64,000 nt of DNA, from contig CAWEVT010000008.1 of assembly GCA_963812585.1 (NCBI GenBank), positions 24,576 through 88,575 of the forward strand. The letters run 5' to 3'. The DNA comes from an uncultured Alphaproteobacteria bacterium (GTDB taxonomy: Bacteria; Pseudomonadota; Alphaproteobacteria; Acetobacterales; Acetobacteraceae). The translations under genes were made by a program, and so were the position numbers. The stretch's first letter is position 1. The number at the start of each line of letters is the position of its first letter. The notes beneath the pieces were generated by a model. The model worked only from the letters and a program-made list of their open reading frames with translations, made no database searches and had not been told where the DNA came from. Positions 1-17,408 of the stretch are shown piece by piece.

Positions 1-4040
<4,040 letters not shown>

Positions 4041-4052
4041 CGATCCCAGATG

Positions 4053-4143
4053 TGTCATGGCCGGGCTGGATCCCAGCCACCCACTTTTTTGGTTGAGCCA
4101 ACACTGCAAGTCGTGGGTGGCGCGGCCTGCGCCGCCCATGACA
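4053..4143. repeat. REP/MITE-like composite palindrome in the rpoB-rpoC spacer
   Basis: Outer arms TGTCATGG (4053-4060) and CCATGACA (4136-4143). Inner arms CCACCCAC (4077-4084) and GTGGGTGG (4113-4120). Local hairpin GGCTGG-ATC-CCAGCC. Shares the GTGTCATGGCCGGGC core with the large arrays in this window. Confidence 0.6.
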
Positions 4144-4207
4144 TGAGAGGCAAGGCCACGACACCCAGGACCTCGACGGACCGGCGGATTAGAAGGGTAT
4201 CAAACGT

Positions 4208-8365
<4,158 letters not shown>

Positions 8366-8390
8366 TTCTTCGCCTTACTATGCCTTGCTT

Positions 8391-8423
8391 GTGTCATGGA
8401 CGGGCTTGGCCCGGCCATGACAC
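8391..8423. repeat. Single REP-type hairpin downstream of rpoC
   Basis: GTGTCATGGACGGGC-TTG-GCCCGGCCATGACAC gives a 15-bp stem with one mismatch, 26 nt after the rpoC stop. There is no T-tract, so it is not a canonical intrinsic terminator. Confidence 0.6.
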
Positions 8424-8510
8424 TGGATATCAGTGACCGGATGAAACTGGATAGGGCGGCGGCATTCGGAGAATATTAGCTCGCGATCAGCGCCGTCCGA
8501 TGCTTCGGCG

Positions 8511-9035
8511 CTATGGCACCCCAAACGTGGCGATTCGATCGATGCCGCAGAAGAACAGTACCCGCTTCTCGTCGATCGTCGGATCGCGCAATGCATAGGG
8601 CGCCGGCTGACCGGTGTACTTTGTCCAGATGCGATCGAGCTGTTTCGTTACAAAATCGCCGCCTTCGTCCCACTCCCGCAGCTCACGCCGGACCGTGCAT
8701 TTGATCTGTACCCAATGGTACGCATTTTTCGGATTGACCAGGAGCACCGAGAGCTGGGGATTGGCCCGGATCCACTGGCATTTGTTCCGATGCGAAGCCG
8801 TGTTGACCAGCACCTCCCCCTCGGAGTGATCGAACCACATCGGCGTCAGGCTGGGGCGACCATCCGGTCCGATGACGGCGAGCGTCATCGTCACCGGCTC
8901 GTCCAGCAGTTGGCGGTAGATCGGCGCGAGATCGTTCAGACTGCTGGCCTGGCGTTTGTCGCCGACAGCAAACTGACCTTCCTGCAGTCCGTTCGCTACG
9001 TGGCGAAAATTCGCTATGGTAAAACCGTCGGCCAT
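8511..9035 (-). CDS. Pyridoxamine 5'-phosphate oxidase-like (PPOX) flavin-binding protein
   Basis: ORF 8511..9350 trimmed to ATG 9035, which is preceded by GGGGAAGGA. The 174-aa product (PSLTPMWFDHSEGEVLVNTASHRNK..) looks like a split-barrel FMN/F420-binding family member. The upstream 105 codons look non-coding (Arg/Ser/Pro-rich). Confidence 0.78.
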   Translation of the reverse strand: MADGFTIANFRHVANGLQEGQFAVGDKRQASSLNDLAPIYRQLLDEPVTMTLAVIGPDGRPSLTPMWFDHSEGEVLVNTASHRNKCQWIRANPQLSVLLVNPKNAYHWVQIKCTVRRELREWDEGGDFVTKQLDRIWTKYTGQPAPYALRDPTIDEKRVLFFCGIDRIATFGVP

Positions 9036-9235
9036 CGTCCTTCCCCTCGCTGCCACTGCACCACCACTCCCGGCGGAGTTTGGTGCGCCGCTTCGGCCCG
9101 TTGTTGCCCGGGTCACGAAGCGCGGCGACAGACTAGTCAGCGCAATGACCGGGTGCAAGGCAGGACTCAGCGAACTGAACCGGTTCGCGCCACAGGTAGC
9201 TGGGCTATGATGTTGCGCGAATTCGAGAGGCCGCC

Positions 9236-10801
9236 ATGGTCGACTCCATGAAACTTCGATGCCCGCGGTTCGCCTGGAGGATGCACGACACGGGGCCGGT
9301 GGCCGGGATCGTTGCCCTGATCCTCGTCCTGCTTTTGCTGATCCCGCCACACGGCATCCTGTCGGACAACGAGGAGAATTACTTCGCGCTTGCCGAGAAA
9401 TTCGTCAGCCCCAGCGCATGGCCGCAAAACAGCGCGGTATTCGATGCGTCGTGGCACCTGACGCTGAGTAATATAACGCTCGGCTCCCTGATCTCGGCCA
9501 TTGGTTACACTCCGACCCAGGTGGTCACCCGGCTGCTGACAGTCGCCGGCTATGCGGTGACGCTCTCAGCTCTGTTCAGGGTATTTGGTTTGCCGGCGCT
9601 GGACGCTGCGCTGGCTGTCATGGGCACGGAACTGATCGGCCAGGACATCGTCGGTGGCGAGTGGCTGTTTGGCGGCTACGAGGCCAAGGTGGCCGCTTAC
9701 CTGCTGGTGCTGGCCGCCGTGAGGCTGGTACTGATATCAGAACGAATGACTGCCGCCATGCTGGTATTTGTCGTGGCGACCTATGTCCACTTTCTGGTCG
9801 GAGGATTCTGGTTCGTGGCCGCAATGGCACTGCGGGCCCTGGACAGACCACGTGACTTGCGCCCTGTCGCCGCGGCCACCGGGCTGTATTCGCTCCTGAT
9901 CGCGCCGCTGATCGGGGTGATAGCGTGGTCGAGATACACCGACGGCAATGCCGAGCGGACGGGGGACGTGCCGGCGCCCGATGTGATTTACTCGATTATT
10001 CGTGAACCGCATCACCAGTCGCCGTTTCTGTCCTGGGCGTATTTCAGCGACCGTTGGCTGCCCGGCTACCTCATGGCCTTGGCGATGCTGGTTGCCTGCG
10101 TCTGGATCGCCCGACGTGGGGAAGGGCGACAATTGCGGGTGGTGGCGTTGTGGCTGGCTGGCCTGTTGTCGTACCTGTTCTTGATTCTGGGTCCAAAATT
10201 TCTTGACCGAAACAGCGGCATGCTGGGCAAGTTCTACCTCTTCCGACCCTCGGCGCTGATCCTGCTGCTATGGCTGATGCTGGCGCTGGGAGCCGCGGCC
10301 GCGGCACTTGGCAACCGGGCGCGGGTCCTGCGCGGGTCGCTGTTGGTGCTGATCGGCCCAGCCTTTTTGTATGCCCAGGGAGAACGACTGGCGCGCGATA
10401 TCGTTGCGAGCGAGGCGCTCGAGCAGCAGAAGCGGTCAATGGTGGCAGAAGTGGCGCGCGTGGTTGCCCCGGGCGATGTCGTGCTGATCGATCCGGACGT
10501 GGAAATGCAATGGCTCGACTTCGAGCGTGTCACCCGACGCCCAACGCTGGTGACGTGGAAATTCACTCCGACAAACGATCGTGAGCTCATCATGTGGTAT
10601 CGCCGCGTGGAAATGCGGCGGGTCACGTTTGAGCAAGGTTGCGGCCCTGACGTGCTCGCGGCGAACGTTGCCTACCTGCTGACGACGCCGGCGAAGTCGC
10701 CACGCCTCGCCGCGAGCTGCGGTGCCGAGACCTGGCGCGCCGGGCGATGGGTCTTGCTGCGCCTTGAGGCGGTGCATCCGGCGAGCTCATTCGATCGCTG
10801 A
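9236..10801 (+). CDS. Polytopic integral membrane protein of unknown function, possibly a GT-C-like glycosyltransferase
   Basis: ATG 9236 preceded by GAGAGG. 521 aa with about 10-12 hydrophobic segments followed by a soluble C-terminal domain. No motif that I can name with certainty. Confidence 0.65.
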   Translation: MVDSMKLRCPRFAWRMHDTGPVAGIVALILVLLLLIPPHGILSDNEENYFALAEKFVSPSAWPQNSAVFDASWHLTLSNITLGSLISAIGYTPTQVVTRLLTVAGYAVTLSALFRVFGLPALDAALAVMGTELIGQDIVGGEWLFGGYEAKVAAYLLVLAAVRLVLISERMTAAMLVFVVATYVHFLVGGFWFVAAMALRALDRPRDLRPVAAATGLYSLLIAPLIGVIAWSRYTDGNAERTGDVPAPDVIYSIIREPHHQSPFLSWAYFSDRWLPGYLMALAMLVACVWIARRGEGRQLRVVALWLAGLLSYLFLILGPKFLDRNSGMLGKFYLFRPSALILLLWLMLALGAAAAALGNRARVLRGSLLVLIGPAFLYAQGERLARDIVASEALEQQKRSMVAEVARVVAPGDVVLIDPDVEMQWLDFERVTRRPTLVTWKFTPTNDRELIMWYRRVEMRRVTFEQGCGPDVLAANVAYLLTTPAKSPRLAASCGAETWRAGRWVLLRLEAVHPASSFDR

Positions 10802-10856
10802 CGGCCGGGGCCTGTCAGGAACACGGCATTCATTCCGATCGATACCGTGCGACTGA

Positions 10857-11327
10857 TCAGGCGTTCTGGTCCCAGTTGGGATCATCGCTGGGGTTTTGTC
10901 GTCCCCCTTCGGTCAGGAGGCCTTTGCCCGGAATGTGGTTGATCTCGAGCCGGATGCCGTCCGGGTCTTCGAAAACGAAAAAGTAATAGCCATCGGCCCA
11001 CTCACGCTCCATCGGGCCTCGATCGATGTGGGCACCCATTTCCCGAAGCTTGAGGGCGGCCTTGTCGACGTCGTCGCGGGAGCGGGCCCGCAGACAGAGA
11101 TGGTGAAGTCCGACGCGATTCTGCTCGAAACGCTGGCCCTCGTGCTCCTCCGCACAGCGCTGGATGCCCAGCGCGGTCCGGCCGCCGACGTGATAGACGA
11201 AATTGTTGCCGTCGTAGACTTTCTTCATGCCGAGAAACGGCAGAAGCTCGCAGTAGAATACGCGTGATGCGTCGAAGTCGCTCACTGTCAGGATGACGTG
11301 CGCCATGCCGTTGATCTCGATCGTCAC
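10857..11327 (-). CDS. VOC (glyoxalase/bleomycin-resistance/dioxygenase) family protein
   Basis: The C-terminal part of ORF 10857..11558 reads INGMAHVILTVSDFDASRVFY..HLCLRARSRDDV..FFVFEDPDGIRLE. I chose GTG 11327, which sits 6 nt after GGAG. ATG 11306 is an alternative start. Confidence 0.78.
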   Translation of the reverse strand: MTIEINGMAHVILTVSDFDASRVFYCELLPFLGMKKVYDGNNFVYHVGGRTALGIQRCAEEHEGQRFEQNRVGLHHLCLRARSRDDVDKAALKLREMGAHIDRGPMEREWADGYYFFVFEDPDGIRLEINHIPGKGLLTEGGRQNPSDDPNWDQNA

Positions 11328-11463
11328 ATCTGTCTCCGTGGCGTTCTCGCTGCCGCCGCAATCAACCGGAAATCCCGAGCGAACGGTATAGTCTGTTACG
11401 ATAGCTTCAGCGATTTCCCCAGGCCTCGGTAGCCTTGAACGGATCGGCGGCGCTGCCCCGGCC

Positions 11464-12435
11464 TCAGCGGCCGAGACGCCAACCGGCCTTAGTGGCAAAG
11501 GCCTCGAAAAAGTCAGCCTCATAGGCCCGCTCCGGCGCCTGGCGAACCTCCTGGTCAATCAAATGCGCGTCTGGGCCGACGAGAATACGCCACCGGCCGG
11601 CCTTGACCCCATCGAGAATGATCGTTGCAGCCTGAGACGCTGTGGTCGGCGCTTCGTCGATGAAGCGTCGCGCGCGATCCGCAACAATGGTCCGGATCTC
11701 ATCATCTGACGGCCCGGAACCATCGCGGCCTATCGACGCAAGCCATTTGCGCGCCTGGGCGATCTGCGCCGAGTTCAAAACATCCGAGTCGTGACCGGCT
11801 TGAATCTTGAGCGAATTGGTACGGATGGACGTTCCGATGTGGCCCGGCATGACGACGGAAACGCTGATATGCGGAGCATTGATTCGAAGGTCGGCGATCA
11901 GCGCCTCGCTGAACCCTTTGACCGCGAATTTCGCCGCGGAATAGGAAGTGTGCGGCACGAGTGGTCCGACCGAGGCCCAAAAGCCGTTGACGCTGCTGGT
12001 GTTGACGATGTGGCCTTCGTCTGCCTTTTGCAGCATCGGCAGGAAGGCGCGCGTGTTGAGATAGACGCCACCCCAGCAGATGTTGAACGTCCTTTCCCAT
12101 TCCTCGCGACTATTGGCGATCATGCTGCCGCCGCCGCTGATACCGGCATTGTTGAACAACAGATGGATCTTGTCGGTTCCCTGTTGCGCCGCAACCGCGT
12201 CGCGGAAACTCAGCACCTGCGCTTCGTCGGAGACGTCGGCGACGTGGCTGGTGATGCGTAGCCCTTGCCGCGGCCGAGCTTCCTCGCATAGTCGTTTCGT
12301 TTCGGCCATGTTCTGGGCGGAGACATCGCACATCGCGACACTGCATCCCTCGGCCACAAGCTGGCGCACCAGTTCGCGCCCCATGCCGGTGCCGCCACCG
12401 GTAACGACCGCGATCCTGCCCGAGAATTCCTTCAT
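11464..12435 (-). CDS. Short-chain dehydrogenase/reductase (SDR)
   Basis: ORF trimmed to ATG 12435 (MKEFSGRIAVVTGGGTGMGRE). TGxxxGxG Rossmann motif, NNAG, and a YSAAK catalytic motif. Confidence 0.85.
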   Translation of the reverse strand: MKEFSGRIAVVTGGGTGMGRELVRQLVAEGCSVAMCDVSAQNMAETKRLCEEARPRQGLRITSHVADVSDEAQVLSFRDAVAAQQGTDKIHLLFNNAGISGGGSMIANSREEWERTFNICWGGVYLNTRAFLPMLQKADEGHIVNTSSVNGFWASVGPLVPHTSYSAAKFAVKGFSEALIADLRINAPHISVSVVMPGHIGTSIRTNSLKIQAGHDSDVLNSAQIAQARKWLASIGRDGSGPSDDEIRTIVADRARRFIDEAPTTASQAATIILDGVKAGRWRILVGPDAHLIDQEVRQAPERAYEADFFEAFATKAGWRLGR

Positions 12436-12623
12436 GAGTGTTGATCCCGCTGTTTTCAGGGCGCTGAACTCGTAGCCACTTTGTTCGGTCGCGTCCAGAA
12501 CCGGCCGCCGGCGGGTGAGGGACGCGGGCACCTGGGGCGACAAAACGACGCGGCTCTCGACCGATGGGTCGATGCGGGTGTTAATTCCCACTTGCATCGA
12601 TGTGGTGGATGGATATCTGGCGC

Positions 12624-13670
12624 ATGCACCGTCGACGGATTATTTCGCGGGCCCTTGCGAGCTGCCTCGGCCTCGGCCTCGTCCTCGGACTGCCGGCTGC
12701 GGCCGACCAGAACGATCCGCGCCTCGAGCCGCTGTTCACTGCCCTGAAGGCCGCCCCAACGACCGAAGCGGCACGGCCGATCGAGGAGCTGATCTGGGCG
12801 ATCTGGGCCAAGTCCGGGGATGAGACGGTCGACGTCATGATGGCCAAGGGCGTCGCTCGCCTGAACGAGGGCGACAACGATGCTGCACTCGAACTCTTCG
12901 ACCGTGTCGTGGTGTTGGCACCGAGCTTCGCCGAGGGCTGGAACAAGCGCGCTACGACGCTGTACACGATGGGGCGGTTTGAGGCATCCACCCAGGACAT
13001 CGACAAAGTGTTGGCTTTGGAGCCCCGGCATTTCGGCGCGATGTCTGGGCTGGGTATGTGCGACATTCGGCTGGGCAAGGACAGGGAGGCATTTGCCGCG
13101 TTCCAGCGCGCCGCCGCGGTCGATCCGAACCTGCCTGGCGTGCAGGCGAATTTGGAGGCACTGAAGAAGCGGCTGATCAAAGAATTCGATATAGACCTCG
13201 TCAGGCAGCAGGATCCGTTCGCTTCGGACCGGTTCGCCAGGGAGGCCGAGCAGCGGAGGCCGATTGCGGAAGATTATCCACGTCGACATGGACGCGTTCT
13301 ATGCGTCGGTCGAACAGCGCGACAACCCGGCGCTCAGGGGGCGACCGGTCGCGGTCGGTCATGGCGCCAAGCGGGGCGTCGTCGCCGCGGCGAGCTACGA
13401 GGCCCGCGGCTTTGGCGTGCGCTCGGCGATGCCGTCGACCACGGCAATGCGGCTGTGCACCGACCTGGTGTTCGTGCCGCCGCGCTTCGATGTCTATCGC
13501 GCCATCTCGCGCCAGATCCACGCCATCTTCGCGGATTACACCGCGCTGATCGAGCCGCTGTCGCTCGACGAGGCCTATCTCGACGTCACCGAGAACCGGC
13601 GTGGGCTGCCGACCGCCTCGGCGACCGCCAAGGAGATTCGCAGCCCGCATCCTCGAGGAAACCGGTCTGA
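12624..13670 (+). CDS. Secreted tetratricopeptide-repeat protein; 3' end doubtful
   Basis: ATG 12624 gives a signal peptide ([27 protein letters not shown]) followed by TPR helices up to about 13190. The frame has no stop until 13670, so the last roughly 400 nt overlap dinB and read as Arg-rich off-frame sequence. Confidence 0.55.
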   Translation: MHRRRIISRALASCLGLGLVLGLPAAADQNDPRLEPLFTALKAAPTTEAARPIEELIWAIWAKSGDETVDVMMAKGVARLNEGDNDAALELFDRVVVLAPSFAEGWNKRATTLYTMGRFEASTQDIDKVLALEPRHFGAMSGLGMCDIRLGKDREAFAAFQRAAAVDPNLPGVQANLEALKKRLIKEFDIDLVRQQDPFASDRFAREAEQRRPIAEDYPRRHGRVLCVGRTARQPGAQGATGRGRSWRQAGRRRRGELRGPRLWRALGDAVDHGNAAVHRPGVRAAALRCLSRHLAPDPRHLRGLHRADRAAVARRGLSRRHREPAWAADRLGDRQGDSQPASSRKPV

Positions 13671-14392
13671 CGGCGTCGGCGGGGGTTTCCTACAACAAGT
13701 TCCTCGCCAAGCTCGCCTCCAGCCAGCGCAAGCCAAACGGCCAGTTCGTCATCACGCCCGAGATGGGCGGGGACTTCATCGCATCCCTGCCGGTGGCCAA
13801 ATTCCACGGCGTCGGGCCCGTCACCGCGGCAAGGATGCAGCGGCTCGGGATCGAAACGGGCGCGGATCTGAGAGCGAAGTCACTGGGCTTTCTGCGGCAG
13901 CATTTCGGCAAATCCGCCGCGTGGTACCTCGCCGTCGCGAACGGCGAAGACGACCGACCCGTCGTCGCCGATCGTCCGCGCAAATCCTCCGGCTCCGAGA
14001 CCACATTCGAGCGCGACCTGACTGCGTCGACCGAAATCGAGGCCGGCGTCAACGCAATGGCCGACGAGGTCTGGGCCTGGTGCGACAAGGCTCAGGCCTT
14101 CGGCCGGACCGTGACGGTGAAGGTGAAATTCGCCGACTTTCAGCAGGTCACCCGCAGCCGAAGCTTCCCGGTGGTGGTTGCTCGCCACGATCTCCTGCGA
14201 CGGGCGAGCGTCGAGCTGGTGCGCACGCTGCTGCCGACCGCCAAGGGCGTCCGGTTGCTCGGTGTTACGGTATCGAATTTCGACCCGGCGAAGGCCGATG
14301 CCGGCGGGGCCCTGCCGCTGTTTGGCGCGCCTGGGACCACCCTTCAAGAGCCTGACACCGCCCCGTGCATCGCTCCCGCAGGGGCGCGGTGA
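13264..14392 (+). pseudogene. dinB: DNA polymerase IV (Y-family), interrupted by a +1 frameshift
   Basis: TTG 13264 follows a GGAGG RBS and gives [39 protein letters not shown] in frame 1. The conserved continuation [25 protein letters not shown].. runs to TGA 14390-14392 in frame 2. Removing one base in cgcagCCCgc (13641-13648) joins the two frames. Confidence 0.85.
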
Positions 14393-15654
14393 TGGTACGG
14401 CGCGCGGGCAGCGCCGACCTGCCGCTGCACGGCGGCCGCGTGCCCCAATGGCTGGGCGAGCGCATGACCCGGCTCGGCGCGGTGATCACCGAGGCGATCG
14501 TCCTCGAATACGGCCGCGACGAAGTATTGCGCCGGCTGGCGCATCCCTTCTGGTTCCAGTCGTTCGGCGCGGTGATGGGGATGGACTGGCATTCCTCCGG
14601 CATCACCACGAGCGTCATCGGCGCGTTGAAGCGAGGCCTGACGCCGCGATCGGCGGAGCTCGGCATCCACGTCTGCGGTGGACGCGGCAATCACTCGCGC
14701 CAGACGCCGCATGAACTGGTCGCGATCGGCGATCGGGTCGGGCTCGATGGCGCCGCGCTCGCCAAGGCAAGCCGGCTGGTCGCAAAGGTCGACAGCGCGG
14801 CGGTTCAGGATGGGTTCGACCTCTATCTGCACGGCTTCATCGTCACCGATGACGGACACTGGGTCGTGGTCCAGCAGGGCATGAACGGCGATCGTCGGCA
14901 GGCGAGGCGCTATCACTGGCTGTCCGAAGGCCTGAACAGCTTCGTGGAGGTGCCGCACGCCGCGATTGACGGTGTCGAGCAGGGTGAAATCGTCAACCTG
15001 ACGGATCGCCGCGCCGGGGCCTCGCGACAACGACAGCTCGATGTTCTTGGCGAACTCGGGCCGGACGGGATCGAGCGGCAGCTCGCCAGGTTCGAGGCAA
15101 GCGGCAGCGAACCTCCCGGCCCAAAGAACCAGGCGATGCTGCCGCATCTCGTCATGCCTGGCCATCATGACGTCAGACCCGAAGACATCGTCACAAGGCG
15201 CCTGCATGGCAATCTGGCCGCTGCCGCCGAAGCCGGCCCGCGGGACTTCTCCGAGTTGCTGCTCGTTCCGGGCGTGGGGGCGCGAACCGTTCGCGCGCTC
15301 GCCCAGGTCGCTGAGGTTGTGCATGGCGCGCCCTATCGCTTCAGCGATCCCGCACGGTTTTCGATTGCCCATGGTGGCAAGGACCGGCACCCCTACCCGG
15401 TGCCGCTGACGGTCTATGATCGCACCATCGCCGTCCTGAAGACCGCCGTGCGAAAGGCCAAACTCGGCCAATCCGAGGAGTTGGCCGCGATTAAGCGCCT
15501 GGACGAACAGGCGCGACGGCTGGAGCGAACCGCCTCGGGAGCCTCCGTGGACGCGTTGTTCGCCGAGGAGCGCGCACGTTCGCATGAGTATGGGGGCCGA
15601 AGCGTATTTGGCGAGGAACCGCCTCCATATAGCCAAACGGCGCCGGCTGGGTGA
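14392..15654 (+). CDS. DUF763-family protein with a helix-hairpin-helix motif
   Basis: ATG 14392 overlaps the dinB stop (gTGATGg). The 420-aa product reads LPLHGGRVPQWL..HPFWFQSFGAVMGMDWHSSGITTS.. and contains LLLVPGVGARTVRALA, which fits an HhH motif. Confidence 0.82.
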   Translation: MVRRAGSADLPLHGGRVPQWLGERMTRLGAVITEAIVLEYGRDEVLRRLAHPFWFQSFGAVMGMDWHSSGITTSVIGALKRGLTPRSAELGIHVCGGRGNHSRQTPHELVAIGDRVGLDGAALAKASRLVAKVDSAAVQDGFDLYLHGFIVTDDGHWVVVQQGMNGDRRQARRYHWLSEGLNSFVEVPHAAIDGVEQGEIVNLTDRRAGASRQRQLDVLGELGPDGIERQLARFEASGSEPPGPKNQAMLPHLVMPGHHDVRPEDIVTRRLHGNLAAAAEAGPRDFSELLLVPGVGARTVRALAQVAEVVHGAPYRFSDPARFSIAHGGKDRHPYPVPLTVYDRTIAVLKTAVRKAKLGQSEELAAIKRLDEQARRLERTASGASVDALFAEERARSHEYGGRSVFGEEPPPYSQTAPAG

Positions 15655-16640
15655 CCGGGCCGAGCCCGGTCATGGCACCATGAGAACACCGGCTGGTCCG
15701 AGCCCGTGTCATGGCCGGACTTGGGCCGGCCATCTACGTCTTTGCTGATACAGGGACATTCGTGGGTGACCGGGCCGAGCCCGGTCATGGCACCACGAGA
15801 ACACCGGCTGGTCCGAGCCCGTGTCGTGGCCGGCCCTGACACCTTGAAAACACCGGCTGGTCCGAGCCCGCGTCATGGCCGGACTTGGGCCGGCCATCTA
15901 CGTCTTTGCTGATACAGGGACATTCGTGGGTGACCAGGCCCAGCCCGGTCATGACACCTTGAGAACACCGGCTGGTCCGAGCCCGTGTCATGGCCGGACT
16001 TGGGCCGGCCATCTACGTCTTTGCTGATACAGGGACATTCGTGGGTGACCGGGCCAAGCCCGGTCATGACAGCCTTGAGAACACCGGCTGGTCCGAGCCC
16101 GTGTCATGGCCGGACTTGGGCCGGCCATCCACGTCTTTGATGATACAGGGACATTCGTGGGTGACCGGGCCCAGCCCGGTCATGGCACCATGAGAACACC
16201 GGCTGGTCCGAGCCCGTGTCATGGCCGGCCCTGACACCTTGAGAATACCGGCTCGTTCGAGCCCGTGTCATGGCCGGACTTGGGCCGGCCATCCACGTCT
16301 TTGCTTATACAGGGACATTCGTGGGGTGACCGGGCCAAGCCCGGTCACGACACCGTGAGAACACCGGCTGGTCCGAGCCCGTGTCATGGCCGGCCCTGGG
16401 CGGGGCACCCACGTCTTCGCTGATACAGGGACATCCATGGGTGACCAGGCCCAGCCAGGTCATGGCACCGTGAGAACAACAGCTGGTCCGAGCCCGTGTC
16501 ATGGCCGGCCCTGACACCAGAAACGGCTCGTCGAGCCCGTGTCATGGCCGGACTTGGGCCGGCCATCCACGTCTTTGCTTATACAGGACGTTCGTGGGGT
16601 GACCGGGCCGAGCCCGGTCATGACACCATGAGAGGGTGCC
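15651..16640. repeat. Tandem array of REP-like palindromic units (about 1 kb, 10 copies of the GTGTCATGGCCGG core)
   Basis: The core starts at 15706, 15821, 15870, 15985, 16101, 16216, 16265, 16381, 16496 and 16539, giving spacings of 115/116 bp interleaved with 43-49 bp. Each long unit carries hairpin CATGGCCGG-ACTTGGG-CCGGCCAT and hairpin TGACCGGGC-CGA-GCCCGGTCA. The array fills the whole DUF763/PNPOx convergent spacer. Confidence 0.9.
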
Positions 16641-16655
16641 GGGTCGTGATCGGTA

Positions 16656-17264
16656 TCAGCCATCATCGCGATGATGCGGGTCATTCGCGGGAAGTATATC
16701 CCGTAGATAGTCGCGGCTTTTCCACTCCGGCGCGGGCGTCTTGTAGCCGGGACGCGGCAAATAGGCCGAGAGCTGTCCGCCTTCCAGGTCGTGAACCGCC
16801 CGCGGGCAGTTGGAGAACAGTTCGCATTCGACACGTACCGCCAGCTTCGCCGCGTGATGCCGGGCCAGGCTGTCCGCATCGTCAAGGATGGTCGCGTGGC
16901 CGTTGATGCGGATACGGGTGGTTTTCCCGTCGAACTTCACGAACAGCATCCCCACGCTCGGGTTCCGGGCAATATTGCCGAGTGTCCGATACATCGAATT
17001 GCCGTCATATTCGGGGAACTCTATCGTTCCAGGTGCAACGATCTTGACGAAGCCAGGCATGCCGGAGCGCATGCTGCAATCGGTGTAGTCGCCGCAGGAG
17101 GTGGCGATGAAAAAGAACGGCGCGCTCTCAATCATCGTCCGATCCTCGTCCCAGAAATCGTAGCGGCGCCGACGCTCGGCCAGACGATCGGCGACACGGC
17201 GGCCATCGAACCGGTCCTGCAACGCACGCATCCCCTCATGATAAAAGGGCCGCCGTTCCGTCAT
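16656..17264 (-). CDS. Pyridoxamine 5'-phosphate oxidase family (FMN-binding split barrel) protein
   Basis: 202 aa, MTERRPFYHEGMRALQDRFD..PFFFIATS..GNSMYRTLGNIARNPSVGMLFV, typical of PNPOx-like proteins. Confidence 0.78.
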   Translation of the reverse strand: MTERRPFYHEGMRALQDRFDGRRVADRLAERRRRYDFWDEDRTMIESAPFFFIATSCGDYTDCSMRSGMPGFVKIVAPGTIEFPEYDGNSMYRTLGNIARNPSVGMLFVKFDGKTTRIRINGHATILDDADSLARHHAAKLAVRVECELFSNCPRAVHDLEGGQLSAYLPRPGYKTPAPEWKSRDYLRDILPANDPHHRDDG

Positions 17265-17408
17265 CCGTCCAAACCCCTGCCGTTGAATAGTCTGGTTACC
17301 GGCACGCGTCGGCGTCCCGCGCTGCTGCGATCCAGTGCATGGCGAGTGCCAGGCCTCGTTCGCCCGTTCCTGGCCGTCAGAGATCGCGCGTGCGGCACCT
17401 GACTCGCT

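Noticed and set aside
13210-13240. A possible alphaproteobacterial SOS (LexA) box upstream of dinB (GTTCgcttcggaccgGTTC)
   Set aside because: The two GTTC repeats are separated by 11 nt, whereas the established direct-repeat box is GTTC-N7-GTTC. The spacing does not fit.
16248-16270. A tRNA T-arm-like string (cgGTTCGAGCCCg)
   Set aside because: It is a two-base variant of the repeat unit segment ggtccgagccc seen in every other copy. No acceptor, anticodon or D-arm can be built around it.
15414-16566. A series of 60-142-aa ORFs inside the repeat arrays (MAGPSPAMTRARTSR.., MSWPDLGRPSTS..), with similar ones at 38632-39649 and 27871-28229
   Set aside because: They are translations of the repeat units in both orientations. 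They overlap each other in every frame, lack ribosome-binding sites, and their periodicity equals the DNA repeat period.
15651-16640. Possible CRISPR array, given regularly spaced palindromic repeats (the same question applies to 38757-39640)
   Set aside because: The units abut one another with no unique spacers. Whole units, including the would-be spacers, are repeated. No cas genes or leader are nearby. This architecture is REP/BIME-like, not CRISPR.
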